From positions 23,702,800 through 23,766,799 of the forward strand of contig NW_026943822.1 in the NCBI RefSeq assembly GCF_035594765.1: a stretch of 64,000 bases of DNA, given 5' to 3'. Origin of the DNA: Anolis carolinensis (Eukaryota). Position 1 is the first letter of the stretch. Every line of letters starts with the position of its first letter. Of the stretch, positions 50,313 to 62,089 are shown piece after piece. Under the pieces are notes generated by a model. That model was not told where the DNA came from and did not search any database. It was given only the letters and a program-made list of their open reading frames with translations. The position numbers and the translations under genes were made by a program.

Positions 50313-53300
50313 CTAGAATTCTTCTTCTGCGTGTAAAGTGTGCAGAGCCTTCAACGTCTTCAGTTTTGCGATGGCGGACGTGACGGAAACTTCCCCGTGG
50401 ATCTTGTTGTCCCTCGTGCGCACATTCACCGTGCGGTCGGCTTTCTCCTTTTCTCCAACCACTGGAAAGGGAACGTAATGTGTCATTTTAATTTTATTTA
50501 GAAAAGGGAAGGGAAACAAGATAAAAACACAAACACACTTTTAGATATATAAAACTAAAAGAAATATGCAATTATATGGTATCTACTACTGCAAGGCTAC
50601 AACTAAATTATTTTGAAATAACAAAACAAGGAGACAAAAAATGAAACAGACCTGTCCACACAGAAACAAAACATGTACGTATCAACTTCCCACTTGCTAC
50701 CTGATGGGTTTTATCCCTTATTTCTCTATTGCCTTTAAATGCTAACACATATACAGTAGAGTCTCACTTATCCAAGCTGAACGGGCCGGCAGAAGCTTGG
50801 ATAAGTGAATATCTTGGATAATAAGGAGGGATTAAGGAAAAGCCTATTAAACATCAAACTAGGTTATGATTTTACAAATTAAGCACCAAAACATGTTATA
50901 CAACAAATTTGACAGAAAAAGTAGTTCAATATGCAGTATTGCTATGTAGTAATTACTGTATTTACGAATTTAGCACCAAAATATCATGATATATTGAAAA
51001 CATTGACTACAAAAATGGTTTGGATAATCCAGAACATTGGATAAGCGGGTCTTGGATAAGTGAGACTCTACCGTATTCTTGCTTCTACTTTTAGAATCAC
51101 TATACTAACTTATGATTTCCAGTTGCCAAAGCCTTTAAAATTAAATCAAACGTACCAAAAATAAAATTATACTGAGCCAGCTGAGCATTTCTTATCTTCT
51201 TATTCAAAGTGCAGCTCTGATCTAGATCAACGTCCGCCATGAATCCAGCCTCAAAGAAGTCACTGCACACCTAAAAGGGCAAAAAATGGCTGATATTATC
51301 ACTTAAGACTATTATCTCTGGGCCAAAACTGTACATGATATTCAAACGGTAAGCGTGTTCTTGTGTAATAAGTGGAACAACTACAAGGTGCTGTATGGAT
51401 CTCAAGGCCTTTACACCTACAGAGTTCAAGAAGTTGTAATAATAAACAAATATGCACGAATAGCACCAAACAATTCGGTTTAAACTACAAGTTAGGCTCT
51501 TTCTTCTAAACAAAAATTACGTTGAAATATTACAGTATAGTTACACAATGCTATTAGTACATAAAGGGAAAGGCCGAACGGAAACAATCCTGAGAGAGGA
51601 ATACAAAGATAAAAACCTAATGTAAATCTGGTGTCAATTCTGTCAATTTTCTGCAAACGCTGAGGCCTTACCTGCTGAGCATATTCTTCGCAGGCTGGGC
51701 CAACAGGAACTACCATCACCTGCCGGGGAGAGAGCCAGAAAGGCCTGGCCAAAATAAGGATGGCAGTGAGCAAACCTTAACAACACTGAGCCAAAATCAA
51801 TTTAAATTCAATGTATTTAACCTCATTGAGTTTAATGGTTCAGACTCCTGCAGTTTGCACTCCGGTCACAGGGAGCCTTCTGCTCTGTGCTGCTCTGAAA
51901 ACTCTTCCTAATTACTATACATCATCTTACGTACCATTTTCCACCATAGTTTTCTGCCAGAATAGCGATCATTCGCTCCACCGACCCCAGAATAGCTCTA
52001 TGGATTATAACAGGCCTTTTCTTGTCATCTCTGTCTTTCCTGTGAAAGAAATGTCAAAAAAGGGAATACATGAAATACTACAGTTTTTGTCTTCTCCCTG
52101 CTACACAAACACTGCAGTTTTCTCTTCCTCCAGCTTTCAATATTGCAACAGGAAATTTGCAATACATGACTACTCGTAGCTTCCCCTTTTGCAAACTTAC
52201 CCTACATATGTGAGATTAAACCTGAGGGGCAGCTGGAAGTCAAGCTGGATCGTAGCACACTGATGGTAGCGCCCAATGGCATCCCTGATGTTAATATCAA
52301 TCTGCAAAGGACCACATTGACCATCATTAGAGTATTTTTCACAACTGAAAGCTTCAGTAAGAACATAGTTTCAGGTCCAGTTTTACTAACCTTGGGACCA
52401 TAAAATGCTCCATCTCCAGGATTTAGCTTCCAAGGCTCCCCAAAATCATCTAGGCTGTTTTGAAGTTGCTAAGAAGAAGAAAAACGTTGAAGTACCAGTA
52501 ACATAAGTGCCAGTTATGAAGGATTTGCCCTCCAGAGTTATGCTTTTATAGCCAATTGGTCCTCTGCTATCAGCTGCGTAACATAGCGTGAATAAAACTT
52601 ATATAATAGCAGTAACATGTGTGTTCAATACTGAATAAAGTATGAGGGAGGCCGAAAACTTCGTTCAGGAACAGAACAGAACAACATTTGAGTATTAAAT
52701 GAGTATTAAATCTCTATCTGTCTCACCTTCTCTGCCTGATCCCAAACTTCCTTCTCCCCTAAGAAGTTATCTGGTCTTGTGGAAAGATATAGTTGAAAAG
52801 TAAAACCAAACACAGCATATACAGACTGTAAGAAGTCCAGGCAGCCTTTCATCTCCTCTTCGATCTAAAATTTAAAAAGTAAACATTTTACAATTATGCG
52901 AAATTCCAAAATTAAAGGCAGGTCTTACATAAAAGCTATCACATTTTAGCATGAGGGTGAGGTAACGCTCCCAACGTAGATTCTCACCTGCTCCATTGTG
53001 CAAAAAATATGGGCATCATCCTGCTGGAAGCGGCGAACCCGAGTCAAACCACTCAGAGTCCCTGAAAGTTCATTCCGGTGAAGAACCCCAAAGTCAGCAA
53101 GTCTTAAAGGCAGCTCCCTCCAGGAACGAGGGCGATGGGCAAACATCAGGCTAAAAGAGATGTTGTTAAAACAGTTTGTTAGGTCAAACAACCATATTTG
53201 GCTCCACTTTATGTACATGTCCCCGTTGGATCTTGCTTTTCTTCCTAAATATTTTTTTTTTGCATTTTTACAATTACTAAACATAACCAAGAGCAATAAT

Positions 53301-56300
53301 GAGAAGAATCACAAACCAGTGTCCAGGACAGTTCATTGGTTTCAGGGCAAACGTTTCTTTCTCTGCCTCGAAAGAAAACATATTTTCATTGTAGTGCTGC
53401 CAATGACCAGATGTTTCCCAGAGCTTAATGTTATAGACATTTGGAGACACAACTTCTGTGAAGTTACGCCGGTTATATTCTTCCTGCGAGTAAAAAAGAA
53501 AAGCTGTGAATCTAATTCTTTCATAAGTGATGGATAAGCTCCTTCTAGTCAACAAAGTAACCATCCCTTGCATTAAAAAAGTTTTGTATAACAATATTAA
53601 ACTATTGACTCACTTTGATAAATTTGATGAGTGTATTATAGATAAAAGCACCTCTGGGGAGAAAGAAACAGCTTCCAGGACTCAGTTCATGAAAGAAGAA
53701 GAGCTCTTGTTCCTATGGCATACAAACAATCGTAAGAGATGAAAAGGAAGTAAACAGGGATGCAAGCAATCTCTCATTTTTCTACAGATAAATCAAGCAG
53801 GAATGGAAATAGAATTGCTAAGCAGTGAGTGACAATATAACAGTTGCAGAGAGGAAAAAACCCACAAAATGCAACAAGGACAGTTGGATGTTGCTAGCCA
53901 GTGTCCAACCCTTCTATGGTTCAAGTCCTTCAGGAATTATGGGAGACTCATTTCTGTTTATTGCTAATGTAACTTAAAAGTCAAATTTCTACCTTTCCAA
54001 TTTTTCTGTGATCCCGGTTTTTTGCCTCCTCCTGGAATTTTTCCCACTCCTTCATCATTTTGTTGTCTGGGAAAGATATGCCGTAAATTCTCTGCAGTGT
54101 TTCCATGTCGGCTTTGCCCTCCCAATAGGTGGATGAATTCTGTTGCATAAAACATGATCTCAAATTGGGGTTAAACGTAAACGGCGCTCAAGAAAAAAAA
54201 AACTTGATCTTGCCATCTGATCAGCTGAGCCCTTTGTAGTGACATTAAGTGCCTTTGATCACTTTGCAAACCAAAGCATGCAATCCTACATGCATTTAAT
54301 GAGGGATAAGATCTGCATACAGTCTTTGTTCTGTGAGCTACATCATCTTCCATTATCTGAATGTATCCTGCTCTCTTAAATGCCCCTCGTCTTCCTCCCA
54401 TCTGTTGTAATTAGCCATGAAACTAAGCTCAAAAGTCTAATTAAATATAACTGGAATGGTCACATTTGTTCCACATTTATCATCACTTTTATTTTATTTC
54501 ACATCTATCTTCACTATCTCAGACCATTTCCCTAAGGTAGAGACTTCCCCATTTGTATTCCCATAATGAACACCAGCAATGCTATCCATATAACAATGGC
54601 TCAAAGATCCTAATTTCCCAGCAAACATTCACATGATAGAACTGAAAAAACTTACTTAATCAAGAGCTGCATTTCAGTGGAAATGCACCGCAATGTTTAG
54701 AGATAACCTACTCTGAATATTAGATGCTGCAGGGACAAACAAAGCAAGGATGGCTGTGCCCAGCTTCACCAGCTCCCAAAGGCACCTGGCTGACTGCTGT
54801 CAAAAGAAGAAATCTCGGTCTGACCCACCAAAGAATACATAAAGCCAGGCTGACGTTACATGAAATATCGTTCTGGGAAAACATCTGACCATCCCAATTT
54901 TCAGCACTGCCACCTCCTGCTCCCACTTCTTTTAAGACTTGCCTTTTTTGTCACCTTAAATTATGAACCAGGGCTGTAACACAGCAAGGGAAACATCTGG
55001 AAGCTGATCCGCTAAGACAGAAGGATTGCGCCCTATCTTCCCACAGCCAAACACTGCTATCGGCTTGGTAGTTCAGATTCCGGAACTCACAAATAAAATG
55101 TAAATCAAACAACAGTGCAATCTTCTTTGCAAAAAAGCACCAGGAGCTATAAAGAGGGCGGAAAGCCTGTCTGCCTGAACAGATTAGCGGTTCCCCTCTG
55201 AGTAGAGGACGGATGTTTCCCTTACAGACGTTAATTCTTTTGATATTTCCTGAGTCACTTTTTAAAATAAACATACATTAGAAGAAACTTTCAATAGCAG
55301 CCTTCCTAGGGTGTGGAGTGCACGTGACAATATGGGGGCTGTTTCCAGACCTAAGGAAGACCACTCAGAAAGATCACAGGCCTTTCTTTAGTTAATAAAA
55401 ATTTTAAAAGTCCCCTCACCTTAAAAATCTTTAAGGCTTTGATTTTCCCTGTGTGTCTCACATGAGGGCCTCTGCATAAGTCGATCAACGGACCACATCT
55501 ATTGAAAGATATAGTTCAAACAGAATTTGCTTCAGGTATATTAATACAAATATGACATCTATTATGCTCAGATTAATAAGATGATCAAAAGATAATATAT
55601 GTGGTCGCACATGTAATTGCTTTATACTGAATGTCTTCAATTACTATTCTTGCAGTGAAAACAGACATTCAGGCATCATACAAAAGTAAAGTTTATCCTT
55701 TCACATAGGCAGTAAATAATCCATAGTTAAGAACTGTGCTTGTTTAAACCTCCCCTTCTTATAGCTCTCAACTTTGTTAATTAACATGCATTTCCATGAG
55801 TTCAGGAAATTGGAATACTATAATTTCTCAATTTAGACATCATCCTTGAATATATAATAAAAACTTAAATTGTATATATATCTTTACCTATACACTGTTG
55901 TTGTTGGCGTGTCAACTTTCTCATTCAGGATTCGACATTTGAATGTGTTGTACTATACAGACAGGGGAGGGTAGGAAAGAAGAGAGAAAACAAAGTGATT
56001 TTATTTTCACATATGCAAAAATTTAATGTTTTGTACCAAGTCAGGATCTTGTCCTCTTGCCCCTTTATCAAAAATTATTTATTTATTTATTCCCATCATT
56101 TCTATCCTGCCCTTCTCACTCAAAGGGACTCAGAGCGGCTTACAAAACTGGCAGAATTCGATGCCAATACACAACAATACAAAAGAATAAAACATAAGCA
56201 GTTAAAAACAGTTAAACAAATTAGCAATATGTAATATACAGATTTAAAACAATACAAAATACTTGAGCCATTTATCCACAAAACCTTGTACATAAACCTT

Positions 56301-59300
56301 AATCCAGACCGAATCGAAGACAACAAAACTTATTCTTTGAACGCTTCCTCGCATAGCCAGGTCTTCACTTTCTTTCTAAAACTCAAAAGGGATGGAGCCT
56401 GCCGGATGTCACTAGGGAGGGAATTGAAAAGGTTCTACAGCAGCTCCCTGGATTTGTATTGTTGTGTGTCTTTAAGTTATCTCCAATTTCTAGCAACCCT
56501 AAGGCAAGCTTGTCGTGAGATTTCTTGGCTTTCCCCTTTGGCTGAGAGAATTTAACTTGCCCAAGGCCACCCAGTAGGCTTCCAAGGCTAAATGGGGATT
56601 TGAACTGTGGTCCACAAAGCCATAATCCAACACTTAGACCACTAGACTAGCTATTAGGAATTGTGAGAGTTGAAATCCAAGTTTGCCCATGGCTGCACTA
56701 CAGTTCTGGCTCTCCACAGATTCTCCAGCAAGAGCCTTTCCATGTCCATTACTTGAGATCCTTCTAACTGGAGATGCTGGGATTGTGCCTAGGACCTTCT
56801 ATATGGAAATGTGGCCCCTCCCCTCCAATGCTATTTAAATAGAGCAGCAGTCTTCCAGTCTAGTCTCTGCAAAACCTTCAGATGAATCAACAAATATCTT
56901 CTTGGGTAATTCATTCAGACATAACCCTGGAGTCTGAAATTCCTACCAGCAAAATTATATGTTATGAAATATGCCAGGGAAGCTTGGCAGAGATGGGTCG
57001 GCAGTGTATTAAGTTATATTAAGCACAGTGTCTCTCAGAAAACAGCTTCATCATACATAAAGGCGGAGGTCACCGGGGCCAATGCTACTGTAGGCAAAAC
57101 CAGTCTCCTGCTCTCAGCACAAGCAGGATGAATTGCACCCCAAGAAGAAACTAATTATAGGAGCAAGGAACACATGTTCATTTCTTGCTAACACAAGTTT
57201 TCACCAGGTTCCGGTCCCTCTGGAGATTCATTTTATGTAAAGGCAGTAAGCAGGTACCGACAAGTATATAAATAGAGGTTTGCAAATAGAGGGGTACCTG
57301 CCTTCCAATTATAACATTCAGAACAATGTTTCCATCAGGTAATTTCCAGCCTTAGAAAAAAAACAGACTCACTTTAAACATATCCAGCAGGACCTCCTTG
57401 CGGACTTCTAGCCTCTCAAAAACCTGCTTCTCCTTTATGATGTTTTTACATATATTCTCCAGAGTTGGAAATTCTGTGCTAGATACACATCTACACAAAA
57501 GAAGGGCCAAAAATCATAAATCAAACTGTGCACAGAGCAGGAAATAAAAGTACGTGAAAGAGAGGAGAATGTATTCTTCTTGCGATGTAGGAGCAGTACC
57601 TGTTTTCCATGTGCATATCATAATAAAAACCATTCTCAATGGGAGGTCCATAGCACAAGCATCCACCGTAATAGTTTTCCATGGCTTCTCCAAGGATGTG
57701 AGCACTAGAATGCCAATAAACCTACATTAAAGGAGGGAAAAGATGGCCTTACAGTACCATTTTCTCTGATTAGAGCCAAGTTAAGCAAATGTTTTTGTCC
57801 TTTATTACAAAACTACAGAACTCATAGCCATATTATAGCATTCATAAAGAGAGTTAGTGCTTCTTTTAGGTCCTCCTGGGGATGGAGTAAGCTCTTGTTT
57901 GTTGCCTCTCTATTCAGAGAAGGGGATGGTTCCTTTTTGGAGTTAAGGCACAGGACTTACACTGGCACACTGAATCAGTTTTTAACTAATTTTTTTTAGA
58001 TTTATATATGCGTGTTTAGGATAAATTGTTTTACAAAGTGGTTGAGGGAGGGGAGAAAAGTGGTACATACTGCTTGAGCTTCTTCACTATCAAAGGGAAG
58101 CAGCTCCAGAATGGCATCTCCTTCCATTGGCCGGTCTAGATCCCATAATTCTCCATTCACTTTGGCAATGACAGTGTTATCAGCAAGTCCTCGGCTAAAG
58201 ATAATAAAGACATGCAAAAAAAAAAAAAACTCTTGCCATCATGTGCAGAGACGCAAACAAAACCTTTGTAAAATGTGTTTTCCTTTGACACCCACAAAAT
58301 TTGTAATTCTACATTTGCAGAGAGTTAGACTGTGGACACGACTGGTAGAAGAGTAAAAAACTTAATGCATGTAAAATTAATAGTTCTGCATACATTGGAG
58401 TCTTAGGGTACATCAAAGGCTATATTTCTCCAATTTCATTTCCCTTTTGCCCCAGTTCTTATATTTTGCTCTTCATCATTCACAGACACACACAATTGCC
58501 TTTGACATCTAAAGATGCCACTTGATGCATCTGCTTAATCTGATTCCAACTCACCATAGCTCATGTGGTCATTTGTTCTTGTAAACTTACCTGATTCCTA
58601 ATGCTATTTGATATGGTGTTGTTTTCCAGGATTCCCCTTCGACTTGCTTCCCATCAGCCAGAGTGATTTTGATCAGTCTGCTTTGGGTGGATGCTCTGGA
58701 AGCAAGGAGTGCATCGTGCTCCTTCTTCAAAGTTTCATACAGCTTCAACCGATCTTTGATGAAACTTAGCTCCTTTTCTGGCTGCAACAAATGGCAAAGC
58801 AGTATGATCTCACTAGTCCATTCAAACTTACGGGCCTCATTTCATCTCATACGCCATTCCTATTATAATGAATTGAGGGTGTATAAGTTCATGGTGCACC
58901 CCCATTTTGCTACCCATCAACCTATTTCACAGTTTATTCTATGGCCCCTTCTACACTGCCATATAATCCAGTCAATCCACATTATCTGCTTGGAACTGGG
59001 TTATATGAATCTACACTGCCATGTAATTCAGTTCCAAGATGATATGGGTTTTATATGGCAGTGTAGAAGGGTCCTAGCTTTCATCCACTATAGCTGAATA
59101 GACATGGACCAAAACAGAAAACTACTGGACTTAACATTAATCAGAACAGCATTTAATGTCTTGATTCTGGTGTTTTTTTTTAAATACTGGTAGCCAGATT
59201 GTGTTCATTTTCATGGTTTCCTCCTTTCTGTTGAAACTGTCCACCAGCTTCTTGTGGATTTCAATGGCTTCTCTGCGTCGTCTAACATCGTGGTTGTGAG

Positions 59301-60582
59301 AGTGGTCCAGCATTTCTGTGTTCTCCAACAATATGCTGTGTCCAGGTTGGTTCATCAAGTGCTCTGCTATGGCTGATTTCTCTGGCTGATTTAGTCTGCA
59401 GTGCCTTTCATGTCCCTTGATTCATGTCTGGCCAATGCTGTGTTTGGTGGACCATATGTAGACTTGGCCACAGCTGTACAGTATACGGTAGGCTCCTGCA
59501 GAAGTGAGAGGATCCTTCCTGTTTTGTCCTTTGCTGAACGTAGCATTTATTGGATTTTCTTGGTGGGTCTGTAGATAGTTTGTAGGTTGTGTCTTTTCAT
59601 CAGCTTCCCTAAGTGGTCAGTGGTTCCCTTTATTATTATTATTATTATTATTATTAGAAACACAACAAGATGAGTCCATAACAGACACTCTGCTGGCTGT
59701 TGTATTGGATCACACATCGGACACTTCCCAAGTGTCTAGGACTGTGTGATGTATCGGCGAATAACGCGTGCAGATCCCAGTAAGGTGGCCTTCTGCAGCT
59801 GGCAGATGGTAATTGTGTTTAAGTGCAGGCCCAGGCCTTTAGGCACTGCACCCAGTGTGCCGATCACCACTGGGACCAACTTGAATGGCTTGTGCCAGAG
59901 TCTTTGCAGTTCGATCTTTAAATCCTCATATTGTGTCAGCTTTTCCAGTTGTTTTTCTTCAATCTTGCCGTCATCTGAGATTGCGACATCGACAATCCAT
60001 ACTTTGTTTTTTAATACGATCATGAGGTCTAGAGTATTGTGCTCCAAAACTCTGTCTGTCTGAATTCGGAAGTCCCAGAGCAGCTTGACATGGTCATTCT
60101 CTGTAACCTTTTTCCGACTTGTGATCCCACCAGTTCTTATTATTATCATCATTATTATGATTATTATTATTTCTAGCATGTATTATTAAGATTATTATTT
60201 CTAGCATTTATTATTATTATTATTATTATGAGTTTCTTCCCCTTCCTGCACTAATAATAGTAGTAACGATGGATATAATACTCTCTCCCTCTGGAGTTAG
60301 GTGGTTCAGATTCATTGCATGGCGACCTACCTGGGGGCCTGCCTTTCCTTTGGCGCATGCGCGTTCGGCGCTGAGGCTCCTCCGGAGGTGGGCCAGGCGG
60401 TAGCGGAGCTTCTCGTTCTCGGCCCGCAGCGCTTCCAGCTCCGGGGAGGAGGAGAAGGAAGAAGCCAACGGAGCGCTGAAGGCCAGGCCCGGCTCCTTGA
60501 GGCGCTCAATCTCGGCCGCCAAGCAGCGGATCTCCCGCTCCTGGCGCTCTAACCGGGAGGCGATTAGGCCCTCAGCCGCCAT
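50313..60582 (-). CDS. TARS3: Threonyl-tRNA synthetase 3 (TARSL2), about 761 aa, 18 coding exons found
   Basis: Exons 60582-60331 (coiled-coil extension, [19 protein letters not shown]..), 58781-58591, 58194-58071, 57721-57600 (YWHSSAH), 57490-57373, 55952-55888, 55498-55420 (DLCRGPH), 54139-53993, 53712-53614, 53483-53317 ([10 protein letters not shown]), 53150-52988 ([15 protein letters not shown]), 52864-52727, 52468-52391 (GAFYGPK), 52301-52201, 52039-51935 ([11 protein letters not shown]), 51744-51672, 51270-51156, 50461-50313. 2286 nt in frame. Confidence 0.96.
50754..51073. mobile_element. Family A mariner MITE
   Basis: TIRs plus TA target-site duplication. Confidence 0.85.
56075..56422 (-). 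mobile_element. L2-clade LINE 3' end
   Basis: Minus strand ..[31 protein letters not shown], then tgtaagccgctctgagtccc..gagaagggc..(TAAA)n. The same short tail recurs many times in the window. Confidence 0.7.
59140..59630 (-). mobile_element. Penelope-like element fragment (degenerate GIY-YIG endonuclease region)
   Basis: Frameshifted GAYRI..GQVYI motif followed by [39 protein letters not shown]. Confidence 0.8.
59630..60140 (-). mobile_element. Dong/R4-clade LINE 3' fragment (second subfamily) in TARS3 intron 1
   Basis: [36 protein letters not shown], flanked by (TAA)n. Confidence 0.85.
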
Positions 60583-60710
60583 TTCCCCAATGCCTGGAGG
60601 CCCCGCCCCCTCCTGCCTTCTCAGCCAATAGCGCGGCGCCATTTCGGCTTCCCTCGGAGACAGGCAGCTGAGGGAGAGGGAGGAGCCTATTTGTGCTCCG
60701 CCTATAAAAG
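60575..60710. promoter_or_regulatory. TARS3 CpG promoter with GC box, CCAAT box, YY1-like motifs and a + strand TATA box
   Basis: CCCCGCCCC 60601-60609, CCAAT 60625-60629, CGCCATTT around both ATGs (60582, 60642), TATAAAA 60703-60709. Confidence 0.6.
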
Positions 60711-60921
60711 CCTGTGTGGATTTGAACTCAGGCCCATTCTGCAGTGTCCTATGTAATGCAGTTCAAAGCAGGTTTTATGTCACAGTGTAAAGCAATGCAT
60801 GGCTATCAGCCTCCTCCCAGTAGACTTAAATCAATGAGAACTAACACTCCTCTCAATGTTACCCCAGCAACAGCAAGAATATCCCAGCTTGTCAACATCT
60901 CCTTTCAACCCTTTCACATTA

Positions 60922-62007
60922 CAGTAGAGTCTCGCTTATCCAATTTTCTGGATTATCCAACGTAGTCTGCCTTTTAGTAGTCAGTGTTTTTGTAGTCAAT
61001 GTTTTCAATACTTTGCAATGTTTTGGTGCTGCATTTGTAAATACAGTAGAGTCTCACTTATCCAACACTCGCTTATCCAACGTTCTGGATTATCCAACGC
61101 ATTTTTGTAGTCAATGTTTTCAATACATTTTGGTGCTAAATTCATAAATACAGTAATTACTACATAGCATTACTGCGTATTGAACTACTTTTTCTGTCAA
61201 ATCTTTTCTATAACATGATGTTTTGGTGCTTAATTTGTAAAATCATAACCTAATTTGATGTTTAGTAGGCTTTTCCTTAATCCCTCCTTATTATCCAACA
61301 TTTTCGCTTATCCAACATATACTATGTTGGATAAGTGAGACTCTACTGTACAGTAATTACTACATAACATTACCGTGTATTAAACTGCTTGTTTCTGTCA
61401 ATTTGTTGTAAAAAAAACCATGGTTTTGGTGCTTAATTTGTAAAATCATAGTGCAATTTGACGTTTCATAGGCTTTTCCTTAATCCCTCCTTATTATCCA
61501 AAATTTTCGCTTATCCAACATTCTGCCGGCCCGTTTATGTTGGATAAGTGAGACTCTCCTGTATTTCAATTTATGTCAAATTCGCTTTATGAGGAGGCGC
61601 CATTTCTAACGCCTTCACTTCGAAATGCCTCCACGCTGAATTAACTCATTTTCCTCTTTATTTTATGCCTTTTTAATTAATATACAATAGAGTCTCACTT
61701 ATCCAACACTCGCTTATCCAACATTCTGGATTATCCAATGCATTTTTGTAGTCAATGTTTTCAATATATCATGATATTTTGGTGCTAAATTCATAAATAC
61801 AGTAATTACTATATAGCGTTACTGCCTATTGAACTACTTTTTCTGCCAAATTTGTTGTATAACATGATGTTTTGATGCTTCATTTGTAAAATCATAACCT
61901 AATTTGATGTTTAATAGGCTTTTCCTTAATGCCTCCTTATTATCCAACATATTCGCTTATCCAACATTCTGCCAGCCCGTTTATGTTGGATAAGTGAGAC
62001 TCTATTG
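60922..62007. mobile_element. Family A MITE cluster: 61044-61348 nested in 60922-61561, plus 61685-62007
   Basis: The inner copy has both TIRs and a TA duplication and interrupts the outer copy at aaaTA|cagtaattac. Confidence 0.85.
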
Positions 62008-62089
62008 TATATTACTTTAGCGTTTTCCGTGTCATATTAATTCAGTCTTATTTTACTTTTAATGTCTCTTTTAGTTTAAATTACTCCGT

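Noticed and set aside
54630-54720. Possible intronic C/D snoRNA in TARS3
   Set aside because: C box is non-consensus (ATGATAG) and there is no convincing terminal stem.
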